The notes under the pieces are model-generated. The model worked only from the letters and a program-made list of their open reading frames with translations. It was not told the origin of the DNA and made no database searches. Both the position numbers and the translations under genes were made by a program. This document shows positions 26,022 to 39,237 of a stretch of 64,000 nucleotides of DNA, one piece after another. Each line of letters begins with the position of its first letter. Position 1 is the first letter of the stretch. The DNA is from Octopus vulgaris (taxonomy: Eukaryota), in contig OX597829.1 in the NCBI GenBank assembly GCA_951406725.2, positions 23,312,001 through 23,376,000 on the forward strand, in the 5' to 3' direction.

Positions 26022-26892
26022 ATCATCATCATCATCGTTTAACGTCCGCTTTCCAAGCTAGCATGGGTTGGACGGTTCAACTGGGGTCTGGGAAGCCCGA
26101 AGGCTGCACCAGGCCAGTCAGATGTGGCAGTGTTTCTACAGCTGGATGCCCTTCCTAACGCCAACCACTCCGAGAGTGTAGTGGGTGATTTTATGTGCCA
26201 CCGACACAGGTGCCAGACGAGGCTGGCAGACGGCCACGCTCGGATGGTGTTTTTTATGTGCCACCGACACAGGTGCCAGACGAGGCTGGCAGACGGCCAC
26301 GCTCGGATGGTGTTTTCTTAAGTGTCACCGACACAGGTGCCAGACGAGGCTGGCGGACGGCCACGCTCGGATGGTGTTTGTTACGTGCCCTCAGCACGGA
26401 GGCCAGTCATTGCGGTACTGGCTACGGTCACGTTCGGATGTTTTTCTTATGTGCCACCGGCACTGGTACCACAAGGATACAAATTCCATTGATGTTCATC
26501 TATTTTGATTTGGTTCGATTTGATTCGATACGATTCGATTCTCACTTGCCTCAACAGGTCTTCACAAGTGTCACAAGAAGGAAGGTATGCACAGGTGGAC
26601 TGACTACGTCCCAGGTAGGGGCCACGGATTATGGCTTCACTAGTCTTGCCGGGTCTTCTCACGCACAGCATACTTCCATAGGTCTCGGTCTCTAGTCATT
26701 TCCATGGTGAGACCTAACGTCCGAAGGTCGTGCTTCACCACCTCGTCCCAGGTTTTCCTGGGTCTACCTCTTCCACGGGTTCCCTCAACTGCTAGGGATT
26801 GGCACTTTCTCACACACCTATCTTCATCCATTCTCGCCACATGACCATACCAGCGCAATCGTCTCTCTTGCACACAACAACTGATGCTTCTT
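26022..26892 (-). mobile_element. 5'-truncated RTE-clade LINE: ORF C-terminus, 3' UTR, (GAT)n tail
   Basis: ERRLRWYGHVARMDEDRCVRKCQSLAVEGTRGRGRPRKTW..., stop at 26640. UTR has the gttggcgttaggaagggcatccag motif. Flanked by (AAT)n. Confidence 0.92.
26191..26470. repeat. 63-64 bp tandem repeat inside the RTE 3' UTR
   Basis: Three near-identical units ttatgtgccaccgacacaggtgccagacgaggctggcagacggccacgctcggatggtgtttt plus a degenerate unit. Confidence 0.9.
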
Positions 26893-27115
26893 AATAATAA
26901 TAATAATAATAATAATGCTTTCAAATTTTGGCACAAGGGCAGCAATTTAGGGCGGGTGGGGGTGAGTCAATTACATTGACCCCAGTGTTCAACCTAAAGG
27001 ATGAAAGGTAAAGTCAACATCAGCAGAATTTGAACTCAGAACGCAGCAGCAGGTGAAATACTGCTAAGCATTTCGTCCAGCATGCTAACAATTCTATCAA
27101 TAATAATAACAATAA

Positions 27116-27515
27116 TCATCATCATCATCATCATCATCATCACCATCATCACCATCGTTTAGTGTCCGCTTTCCATGCTGGCATGGGTTGGACGGTGCAA
27201 CTGGGGTCTGGGAAGCCAGAAGGCTGCACCAGGCCCAGTCTGATCTGGCAATGTTTCTACGGCTGGATGCCCTTCCTAACGCCAACCACTCCATGAGTGT
27301 AGTGGGTGCTTTTTACGTGCCAGACGAGGCTGGCAAACGGCCACGATCGGATGGTGCTTTTTACGTGCCACCGGCACGGAGGCCAGGCGAGGCTGGCAAC
27401 GGCCACAATCGGATGGTGCTTTTTACGTGCCACTGGCACAGAAGCCAGTCGGGGCAGCACTGGCAATGGCCACATTCGGATGGTTCTCTTATGTGCCACC
27501 AGCACTGGTATCACC

Positions 27516-27517
<2 letters not shown>
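27116..27517 (-). mobile_element. RTE 3' UTR copy
   Basis: Same UTR and tail as 26022-26640. Confidence 0.85.
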
Positions 27518-27553
<36 letters not shown>

Positions 27554-29178
27554 GTTTCAAATTTTGGCACAAGGCCAGCAAATTCAGGCATGAGAGTAAG
27601 TTGGCTACATTGACCTTAGTGCTCAACTGGTACTTATTTTATCAACCCTTAAACACTGCCTCCATGGCCTAATGCTAAAAAAATATTTTGACCAATGCTC
27701 TAATAATTCTAATAAGATTAATTAATTTTGTACATTGACACCAGACCAGAAATTTGTGGGAGGGAAACAGACAATTACATCAATTTCCTCTAAGGATGAC
27801 AGCCAAAGTTGATGTTGGCAGAATTTGAACTTGGGACCATAAAGATGGATGAAATGCCACTAAGCATTTTGTGCAGTGTGCTAACAATTTTGCCAGCTCA
27901 CCCTTTTATAATAATGATAATAATAATAATAAGAAGAAGAACAACAACAACAACATCAGCGGAGTGAGTAGGGGATTAATAGAAGCATTAGAATATTGAA
28001 CAGAATGAGCGTAGCACTCATTCCAACTCTTTACATTCTTAGTTCAAATCCTACAAAGATTAACTTTACCATTCATTCTCCTTCTGAGGTCAATAAAATA
28101 AAGTATGAGAATCAATGTAATTGTCTGTCCATCCACCCCCAACACACAAAAACACACAAATTTCTGATCTGGTGCTAAAGCACAAAATTATTATTATTGT
28201 TATTATTATTATTATTGATTGGCAGAATTATTAGAGCATTGATCAAAATATCTTGTAGCATTAGCTTACACCATGATATATGGTATAGGCCATTGATGAA
28301 GTATTTAATTAAAATATCCATCTATTTATTATACTTAATGTACACACACATACTCAATAGTTACTGCAGTTTTTATCTTGAGATCTGTTATGGACTTGCC
28401 GCATCAAGAACAGAATAAATATCATGCAGAGTGACAAAAAATATATCTCAGCAGAAGCCAATAAGAATACTAGACATTTCAACCTTTTTGGACCTTTTCA
28501 ATGGTGCATACTCACAGCCAACCACATAATTAAATGAGAATTCATCATTTCTGATATAGGAAAAAGAGAGTAAAACATTCACTGATGTTGCAAATAGCTG
28601 CCTAGTTGATTAAATATCCAGCATATGCAATTGAAGCAGAACTTATGTTCTAACTTTAAACACTGCCAAAATTGGCTTTGACATTTATACCTTCCAGGGT
28701 TGATAAAATAAAAATACCTGTTACCTACTGGGATCAATTTAACCTCAGCATGCTTAGGCGCAACATGGTGTTGTACGACTTTTCTCCCTTGCAGCTGTAA
28801 GCACATTGTGTTACATTGAGAAGGGAGACAATCAGTACGGCAACATGATGCATCTATAGCATGCTAAAGGTTAAATGACAAACCCACTTCCCCCAAAATT
28901 TGTGTCCTTGTATCTATGTCAATTCCCCCACCCCTCAACTATACTCTCATATCATAAAATAGCTAGATAAAAGAAAAAAGTCTGATTCCCATATTCTTTC
29001 TGTAGTAATAAATGAAAGATCAATAGCCAATAAAAGATCCTTTGAGACATTGGAACAATCCTGATCCGAGATATTTATTTACCACCACCAACAACATAAA
29101 ACATTTATGGTTCCACCAAAAGTGAATGTCAAACTTGTCAATAACATGCATATATGATTCTGTGTCTAACAACATGGC

Positions 29179-29211
<33 letters not shown>

Positions 29212-29260
29212 TGAGGTAGCGATATATGAGTTGAGGGATGAAGAATGGCTGTTGCTCTAC

Positions 29261-29434
29261 CTGGATGAGGCAATGATGATGATGATGAACATGAATATAT
29301 ACTGGGGTGATGTATAGGGCTAATGATGTGGCTGTTATCATGTTTTCTTTTCAGTTGCGGTGTCATTGGTTTGCCTTTCAGGTCACAATTTTCTCGATCC
29401 ATGCCATCTGTGCCAGACACTTTCAATAAATTTT
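29261..29434 (-). CDS. SPAST: Probable spastin linker exon (ENLLKVSGTDGMDRENCDLKGKPMTPQLKRKHDNSHIISPIHHPSIYSCSSSSSLPHP)
   Basis: Strong acceptor gttttccccgtttttag|AA, weaker donor CAG|gtagag. 174 bp, open, phase 1-1, joins both neighbours in frame. No homology support because the linker is unconserved. Confidence 0.62.
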
Positions 29435-29625
29435 CTAAAAACGGGGAAAACATAAAGTCACAAAATTAAAAGGAAATAATAATGTTAATCAAAAGTAATA
29501 ATGGTAATAATAATCTTTGAAATTCTTTGTCCCCTGTAGTAGGTTCTCAGAAATAAATTTTCGTTCATCCATTCAGATTCACTGATGATACTAACATCTA
29601 ATTGGTCTCTCAAGTGATAAATAAT

Positions 29626-29687
<62 letters not shown>

Positions 29688-30511
29688 TAAATGGAACAAT
29701 CTACCACTTTAAGACATTGTAAAAATTATAAGTGTGTGCGTGTGTGTGTGATTTGTTAGGAGCTTCAACAATATCAAGGGCAATAACTCTGCGGCTTTCA
29801 TCAATAATACACATTCCATCAATGAAGGAGCCAACAAGAAAACGTCTATGAAGTCACTGAAAATGCTAGAAATGGTTGTGAAATTTTCACCTCAAAATTA
29901 CACTCTTACACTCTCACTAACTTAAAAAGAAAAAATAGAATTAACACACTGGATAACAGAGTCCTAGATGTTGGAAAAGAAAACAGGAGGGGCACGGGTA
30001 AAAGCTGAAACACCTCTGTAACTATTGATCTGCTTAACACTTTAGTATTCACATTATTCTGTCAAAAGTAATACTTTGAGATTTTGAGAAGGTAACTGCT
30101 AATGTTTTACAATGATATTGTAGGGTTGGTGTGAGAGGCCAGATCTGGCCAGTTTGAACATAAAACAGGTAGAATATTTTGGTTGGATATTGACAAGTCT
30201 CTTAACCCCTTGAGGATCATTGGGGCAATACAGCCATGCAGTGTATCAAGGGTGAGAAAGCCTGGCAGAGCCCATCCCTTTGTAGTGTTTTTCCTCAAGA
30301 ACACAACACATCGTCCAGTCCAGGAATTGAAACCACAATCTTGCAATTGTGAGTCCAACACCCTAACCACTAAACCACGCACCTCCACTAGTTTAAAGGG
30401 TTAAAGTGGAATGACCTAAGATTAAACAACAGTTTTATTGATTTGGAAAGATCTCATTTAAAATTGATTTGAAGCCAAATATTAGGATTTTAGACAAATT
30501 ACCTAGAAATA

Positions 30512-30552
<41 letters not shown>

Positions 30553-31925
30553 TGTGTGTGTGTGTGTGTGTACATGTGTGTGTGCATGCAGTTTTACTAT
30601 CATGAGAAAGTGACTGAAGTTTTACTGGCACATAACCATTATCACTTAACATCCACTTTTCCATGCTTGCATGGGTCAGACAGAATTTGTTAAAGTGAAT
30701 TTTGTATATATATATATTATGGATATACAAATAGGGGCAGGTGGAGCCGTGTAGTAAGACGTTTGCTTCTCAATCTCATAGTTCTGGGTTCAATCCCACT
30801 GCATGTTACCTTAGGCAAGGTATCTTCTACTATAGCCTCAGGTTGACCAAAGCCTTGCAAGAGAATTTGGTAGATGGAAATTGAAAGAAACATGAAGTAT
30901 ATGTGTGTGTGTGTCTTTAAGCCTGTGTTTTTCCCCCACTGGTACTTGATGACCAGTGTTGGGTTGTTTACATCACATAACTTAGCAGTTCAGCAAAAGT
31001 TACTGATAGAATAAGTACCAGACTTTAAAAAAAAAAAAGCATTGGGGTCAACCCGTTTAAGCAAAAATTCTTCAAGATGGTGCCCCAGCATGGTTGCAGT
31101 CTAATGATTGAAATAAGTAAAAGACATTATATATATGATGGATTTTCTCATCGTGAACAACAAATAAGGGTTCAGCGAAATAAAGCGGTAATCATGTTCT
31201 ATGGACACAAATGTGTCTCTTGGGGCCGGCTGGTTTAAATGTCAGGCAGTTTTACCTGATTCAAGTCTTTGATTAAAGTGCAAATTACAGAGAAATATCT
31301 AAGAATTTAGAAACTAGGAATATGTGGGATTACAAATACTAAAAGACGACAAACCACTGATTCCACTGTCGGGTGTGTCTATCAGAAGAACATTTCATAC
31401 TTAACATGTTTAAACAAAGAAATAATGTTGGAGTTAGTCAGTCTCTCTCACACACAGAATAAGTTTTTAAAAAAAACATACAAATCAATAAATAAAGCAG
31501 AAAAAGAAAAATTCCAGAAATTTACATCAAAGAATTTTTACATGTCAACAAATGTCAAAGCTGGTTCCAAAGGCTAGAAATGGTAATTTCAATTTGACAG
31601 AGTATTTCGAGCTCTTATCGATATCATTAACTCAATTGAAAAGATGCAAATCCTTTGATACAGAGTTCATACAAGCAACAAGGGAACAACAATGCTTCGA
31701 TAAATGTCAAATATATGTTATACACTAAAGTACACACTCACACACATTTGGTTGTGCACTATTGAACAAGACAAAGTTATCTAAACTCTATAGTGTGTGT
31801 GTGGACAGGCAATTGACAAAGACATCAGAGAGTCAGAATCATTACTTTCTGGTAATCGTTCAACTTCTCTATGCTCCAAGTTCAAATCTTACCAAGGCCA
31901 ACTTTTTCATCCTTTTGAAATCAAT

Positions 31926-31978
<53 letters not shown>

Positions 31979-34427
31979 GTCTGACTTTCTCTTCTGCAAG
32001 AAATTGGCTGTGGTTAGATCTGGAGAGGAGGTGGGGAGCGGTTTCACTATGTTTCAGAATGCCCACGGTACACTAAATATGTAGGTACCCTTACAGCATC
32101 AAATCAAGGTGAAGATGGATGCAAGGGTGTATATACAGACACACATGCATGCATGTATGCTCCGCTCTGCTCAACCAGACACAATAACATCATGCTTTGT
32201 AACACCTCGTTTTTCTAAAGATATCCAAATCAGCTAAGGCTTAACAAGGCCTATTTTTGCAGAAAATAAACTAACAGAGGTAAAATATTGCCTTAAAAGT
32301 TAACAGCAAGTAAATTACTTTAATTCTTTATTTTCTTAACTTTTGTCATTAAACAAATGACTACAACAGCTATAACGATAATGACTCATTAGTTTGCCTC
32401 GTGGTCTTGGTGGCCAAAATAGAAAAGGCAGTGATAAAGACATTTGAAAAACTAATAGTTGATGTGGTTAGTATTGAGTGGAATATGGAGTTACATTGGG
32501 AAAGGTTAAACAGTATTTTAGTAACGTTAATCACAAAGCATTGATGAAGCTTATAAAACAAAAGTTTATCTAAATTCTTTTCTACTATAGGCACAAAGCC
32601 CGAAATTTGGGGGGGAGGGGAAGCCAGTTGATTAGATCGACCCCAGTATGTAACTGGTACTTAATTTATCAACCCTGAAAGGATGAAAGGCAAAGTCGAC
32701 CTCAGCAGAATTTGAACTCAGAACATAACAGCAGACGAAATACTGCTAAGCATTTCGCCCGGCATGCTAACGTTTCTACCAGCTCGCTGCCTTAAAGTTT
32801 CTCTAAATTAGAGGATGTCTGACTTCCAAGAAGCTATTATCTCCCTTTATATTCACACACAGACATGCATGGCTGAGTGGCACTTTGGGCAGGTGTCTAT
32901 AGCCTCAGTCTGACCAAAGCCTAGCAAGCTTGCCTTGACTTCGTATGACAATGTTACCATTGTGTAAGCAGTTTTCTTTTGTTTCCAATCTACCATGAAA
33001 ATATGTCTGGTTATGGGGGAAATATTATTTACTTGGAAACAGGTGAAGGTTGGCAACAGGAAAGGCATCCAGCTGCACATAAATTGCCTCAAAAAATTCC
33101 GACCAACCCATTCCAGCATGGAAAAGTGTAGGTTAAAAATGATGATGATTAATATCTATCTATATATATATATATATATACTACTTCTTTCAGTCATTAG
33201 ACTGTGGCCATGTTGAGGTGCCACTTTGAAGAATTCTAGCTGAACTGAACCTGGTGCTTATTTTTTTTTTGTAAAGCCTGGTACTTATTCTATCAGTCCC
33301 TTTTGTTGAACTGCTAAGTTATGGGGGCATAACCACACCAACACTTGTCAAATAGTGGAGGAGAACAAACACATACACGAAGACACACACACACACACGA
33401 CAGGTTTCTTTCAGTTTCCATCTACCAAATCCACTAACAAGGCTTTGGTCAGCCTGAGGCTTTAGTAGATGACACTTGTCGAGGATGCTACATAATGGGA
33501 CTGAACCTGGATCCATATATTTGGGAAGTGAACTTCTTACCACACAGCCATACCTATGCTATATGTCATTTCTATAGCCATGTATCAATCCATACCTTGT
33601 GAAACTATCTGGAAGCTTTTAGGTAGGTGGATTGGTACCTGCAATTCAACAGGTATAGTCTTGTCACAGACTGTGTCACATACATTAAAGGTACATATGT
33701 TGAATGAGATCTTTAAAGACTGAAGTGGAGAAGGGTTCCATGACAACAGCAGTCACGCACAGTTCAGTCAATCCTAAGAAATGGATGAAAGCTTCCATTC
33801 CATGAAAGGAGCCAGATCCGTCGCCATGCAAATGTCTGTGGAGCCACCTATATATTAACTGAATGAACCCTGCATTCCAGTTGATTGAGCAGCTGTACAG
33901 TTGTGGCTAGAAATTCTGACAGAAATTGTGTGTATGTGTGTGTGTGGGTGTGCATGTGTATGCATGGTGCACGCATATAAAACTTACATGCAGTGTTTTA
34001 ATTTATAAGTCATTGTACAATTCTAGCAGGAGATAGAAATGTTAGATGAAGTGATGAGGAAGGAAAAATAGAAAGGGTTGTTATAGAAAGAGGTTAGCAT
34101 GTATGAGACGGGATAAATAGGGATCCAGGGTAGACCTGATTAATTAATGTCTTGATAAGTTTCATATCCTAAGGTACTCCTGCTTGCCAGCCTATGATAA
34201 ATAATGCCTTGATAAACTTCCTACCTGAATAATTCTTTAGAAGAAAAATCAATTAGCAGACCACTTTATTTTCCTTCTTCTTGTTAAGTTTCCAGTCAGC
34301 TCTCATCAAACAAACCAATGAGCACAGGTATTCTAGTCATAACCACCTCTTCTTTTATACATTGTATAATGTGTCCTTTTTAAAGAAGTAATTTAAACGA
34401 GATTCAATCAGTTTCTAATCGGTGGTG

Positions 34428-35040
34428 ATACTATTTATTAACTATGAAAATACTGTTTATTAGCTTTGATGATATTGTTTATTAACTGTGAAAATAATGT
34501 TTACTAGCTATGACAATACTAGCTAGGCACAGGCATGGCTGTGTGGTAAGAAGCTTGCTTCCCAACCACATGGTTCAGGGTTCAGTTCCACTGGGTGGCA
34601 CCTTGTGCAAGTATCTTCTGCTATAGCCTTGGGCCAACCAAAGCTTTGTGAAAGGATTTGGTAGATGGAAACTGAAAGAAGCCCATCACATGTATATATA
34701 TATATATTTGTATATATATATCCGTCCAACCCATGCCAGCATGAAAAAGAGATGTTAAATGATGATGATGATATATATGTGTGTGTGTTTGTATGTCTGT
34801 GTTTGATAACCAATGTTGGTGTATTTATGTCCCTGTAACTTAGCGGTCTGGTAAAAAGAGACCAATAGAATAAGTACTAGGCTTCCAAAGAATAAGTCCT
34901 AGGGTTGATTTCTTTGACTAAAGGCAGTGCACCCACACGGCTACAGTCAAATGACTGAAACAAGTAAAAGAACACTGTTTTCTTAGCTAAGGTGATACTG
35001 TTTATTAACTGTGAAAATACTGTTTAATAGCTAAGATGAT
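34428..35040. repeat. Degenerate ~22 bp minisatellite split by a SINE
   Basis: atactgtttatta(a/g)ct.tgaaa units on both sides of SINE 34525-34972. Confidence 0.75.
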
Positions 35041-35290
35041 GTGGAAGCATTTGGCTTAATGATTAGGATGTTGAACTCATAATCATAAGATTGTGGTTTC
35101 AATTCCTGAACCAAGCGGCATGTTGTGTTCTTGAGCAAAACACTTCATTTCATGTTAATCCAGTCCACTCAGCAGGCAAAAGTGAGTAATCCTGTGAGGG
35201 ACTGTCATCCTGTCCAGGTGGGGGATTTTATATACCTTGAAAACTAGGAAACCAGCCCTATGAGGCTAGATGACTCGGAAAGGATCTTTA
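35041..35290 (+). mobile_element. Third tRNA-derived SINE family
   Basis: tggcttaatgattagg...ggtttcaattcctg...gtgttcttgagcaaaacac. Related heads at ~30260-30387 (-) and 23893-23935 (+). Confidence 0.6.
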
Positions 35291-37073
35291 TCCTTATCCT
35301 AATCAGTGGAGCAGCTATGTGCAGGCTTGATGCATTGGTAGTATTGGTAAGGTTGTCCTCTTAGCAGATAAGACACAGTAGCACTTTAAAGCCAGGGGTA
35401 ACTGGACATGTTTTCGAGTAAACAGTAAACTAATATCAACTGAAGACTAGAACATCAGATTAATGTTTGGATTAAATATAGAATTATTAAGATAACAGAC
35501 TTACTTTTCAATCATAAATAACTTTTTAATGACAGTTACTTGCACTTTATATTACCAATAGTTTTCTGATGTTTCTATTTCATTACCACATGAATATAGT
35601 CGAGAGACCCATAGCCATTGAAACAGATTGTGTAATGATGTAGTAAGATTGTGTAAGCCATAAAATTGTATATTGATGTAATATATCTAGGCCAATGAAA
35701 TATATACATTAGCTCTTTAGCATTCAGATTACTCTATCAAATGTAACGTTTATATATTCACATTGTTTTGAATTGATCCTGCATTATCTTGTAACTTCAA
35801 AATTTGTGTGAGGGGTGGGGTAGGGGGGTGATGGCCAATTACATCAACCTCAGCATTTAATTGGTACTTATTTTATTGTTCCTTAAAGGATAAACAACAA
35901 AGAAAACCTTGGGAAAATTCCAGCTCGGAACATAGAGCTGGTAAAAAATGCAGCAAAGTATTTTGTCTGGTGTGATAACGATTCCACCAGTTATCCAATT
36001 TTTTCATCATCTATGATAATAAAAGCGAAATTCTGTGTCTGGGACCCCTGTATCTCAGTCTACATTTGCTCTACAAAGACATATTATACTTTTTGGGAAT
36101 CAGGATGATCCCAGGATTGAAAATCTGCCTTTCATTTGGTTCTGAACATCCAGTATTGGGATCTGATTTAAAAGCATTTGGGTTGCTATTTCTAGCAGGT
36201 AAAGCATGGCTGATTTATGCCCATCTTGGTTGGCATTTGTCAGATGATGTCAGAGATCAAAAGAGAGACAGATGATATTCACTTTGTTAATTTCATGTCA
36301 AGAAAAGAACTTTGGAACAAATTGGCCAACAGTTGGAATTTTACTTAAGACTGGCACAATAGAATGATTGCATTACAGAATTAATTCTCATCCATCTTTT
36401 AACCTCTGATCAAACACCACCAGGGCACATAGATGTACCACCAGTCATTATAGACGTATTATAGTCATGCTAATTAGCTCTCTTTAGTTCTGGGCTGCAG
36501 GTCCAATTAGCCCTCCGCAGAAGCTAGCTTAAAAATCCGCATGGTGCGTGGCTTTTAAGCTAGTGATACTAATAAAAATGTTAAACAACATGTTATAAAC
36601 ATGAATCTGGGGCAATAATGATCAATAGACTCAAAGATAGGGCTTAAATCACAAATTTATAGCCTGCCATGTGATTGCTTTACTGCTTACACAACATTCT
36701 ATTCTAAATAAGATACTACATATTATTCTAATTAAATGTTTATTTTATCTTCACAAGATAATCTACCCAGGTAGGTGATACGGACAAAGTAAAAGACCAC
36801 CCTGCTATTGTTTGATGTTTGTGATGAATCAAACAATTAATTAACATTTATTTTATGTGATATTAGATATTATAAACTAATTAGCTCTCTTTAGTTTTAG
36901 TGGGTCTGTTTATCTTTTCTATCAAAATCAAATTGATATTGTAGAGTGGGGAGCATGGTTTCATGGTTGATAAATACATTTTGCAAACACAGGGTTCTGT
37001 GTGGCATTTTGGATTGGATAAGACATTTAATTGAAGTTTGGTAAATAATAAAGGCTGTGTGTAAACCCATCAT

Positions 37074-37126
<53 letters not shown>

Positions 37127-38740
37127 TGGTCAAACAAAACCAGTGCACAGAACAACTGCTGCTTGACTCACATCCTTTGGCACCAAGATCAAGTTTGCCC
37201 TTCTCCTCCTCTCGCAAGACCAACCATAGACTTAAAAGTACCAGACACAGTAATGGGTGTGACAATATTGATAAAAATCATTGCAGGCTCTACCCAAAGA
37301 TGATGATGGTGCGGTGATGGATGATGATGATGGTGGTAGTGGTGGTGACAAAGGTAGCGGTGATGAAGAAGCAAAAGAAGTGGTGGTATGGGTGCTGATG
37401 GTGCTGTAACTAAGCATGGTATTTTATTGGTGAAGGAGGTGGGGATAGTGCGATACAAAATATGAAAGGAATCTTAACATATTTCAACTATCTTTTCTCC
37501 TCTTTTTCTTTTTTTTCGTATTTTTTTGGGCGGGGAGGGTGGTTAATAAATATCAAAAATTAAATAAATATTTTTAATATTACAACATTAAGAACATAGA
37601 ATTTAAGTGAAATGTAACTGAGAACCATAGAGAATTCCATGAGTGTGATTAATATTATATAAGTATAAGCATTGTAACATTAAAGAATTATAACATTACC
37701 ATTTCTGTTACCATATTTCTTTTAAAATATACTGCTTTTGTTTCAATTAATTTTGAAATTAATGAGGAATTTGCTAAACTTTGTCATGAAGTTAGTGACT
37801 GGAACATGAATTAAAATTTTGATGGAAGATTTTTTTTTTATTATTTTAGATTCATTTAAAATGTAAAGTTTGTGTCATAAAACCAGGTGTGGTTTCAGTT
37901 GGATTGGTACCAAACGAATTAAAAGAGTATATCAGGTACTAAGGACCTTCTCTAAAAGAACCAGATGTTAACATGCTAATATTAAATAAGTTAGACAACA
38001 GCAAACAAGCTTGGTTTGACATAACAGGAAAAATTGACAAAAATATTTCCCAAGACAGAGACACATAGCATAAAGATTAATGTCATACTGCCATATATTG
38101 CATTGTAATATGTCTCTACTCGCTGGCATATTAACAACAATGCTGTACCATTATATACAAACATAAATACCTCTGATGACCTAAAAGTCTTTTATAAGTC
38201 AGTATTTGGCTCTGATTTCAAAATGTGAAATTGATACATGCTAAATAATTCCCTAGATGAGTGATAGATCGTTTTTCGGGTAGCATTCCCATGTTATCTA
38301 GTATTGTTTGGTTTTCTGGTTCAAGTCTCTATTCATACTGACAGCCAAGTAAACTGCAGCAATGTAGAATATAGTGTTCTGTCGAGAAATAACAAAACAT
38401 TAACAGTAATTTTGAACCAACGATGTATAAGTGCACAGTTCAATTGTTTATCCACATCTACATTAGATACAGAACTGAAACAGCCATGGAGTTAGTAACA
38501 AACTTTATCCTCAAAGAAAGAGCCAATAGTTGGGCAGAGCTCTTCAAACTTCTACAAGATTTCTTTGTTATATCGGAGTGGTACTGAAAGGCCTACACTA
38601 ATTTGATGCATTCTAAAAGGGTTCAGAACTCAAACATTTGAGTTGATAAAAGTTGATAAAAAAAAAATCAGTCAAGTACTAGGATCAATGGCATCAACTA
38701 ACCCACTCCCTCAAAATTGTTGGCCTTATGCCAAAATCAG

Positions 38741-38965
38741 CAACAGAAGAGCTATCCCCCAAAACTGCTCTATTGGGGACAGCAAGGATTTTGAAATTGA
38801 TACTTGGGTGTTAAGTATCTTCCACAATACTTAACATCTAGGTACCAAGTCTTATAATTTGTGAAATAAGACCCTGAGAGACCCTGTGAGATCTTTGACA
38901 ACAGGATGCGGTCTGCTCTCACAAAATTACCTAGGAAAAGTGAGATCGAGAGCTCTGAGAAGTAA

Positions 38966-38997
<32 letters not shown>
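38741..38997 (+). mobile_element. R4/Dong-clade LINE extreme 3' end with (TAA)n tail
   Basis: EELSPKTALLGTARILKLILGC* matches the typical QKTALLGTARILR C-terminus. Confidence 0.7.
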
Positions 38998-39206
38998 GGT
39001 AGCGAGCTGGCAGAAATGTTAGCACGCCGGGCAAAATGCTTAGCGGCATTTTGTCTGTCTTTACATTCTGAGTTCAAATTCTGCCAAGTTTGACTTTGCC
39101 TTTCATCCTTTCGGGGTTGATAAATTAAGTACCAGTTGTGTATTGGGGTTGATCTAATCGACTGGACCCCTCCCCCAAAATTTAGGGCCTTGTGCCTAGA
39201 GTAGAA

Positions 39207-39236
<30 letters not shown>
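38998..39236 (+). mobile_element. SINE family B with (AAT)n tail
   Basis: Same consensus. Other copies at ~12340-12560, 24880-25500 (three), 26915-27095, 32578-32793, 40495-40910, 42988-43147, 43567-43780, 46230-46715, 57455-57620. Confidence 0.85.

Positions 39237-39237
<1 letters not shown>

Noticed and set aside
26191-26470. CRISPR-like regular repeats
   Set aside because: Units are contiguous with no unique spacers, lie in a LINE UTR in a eukaryote, and no cas genes are present.
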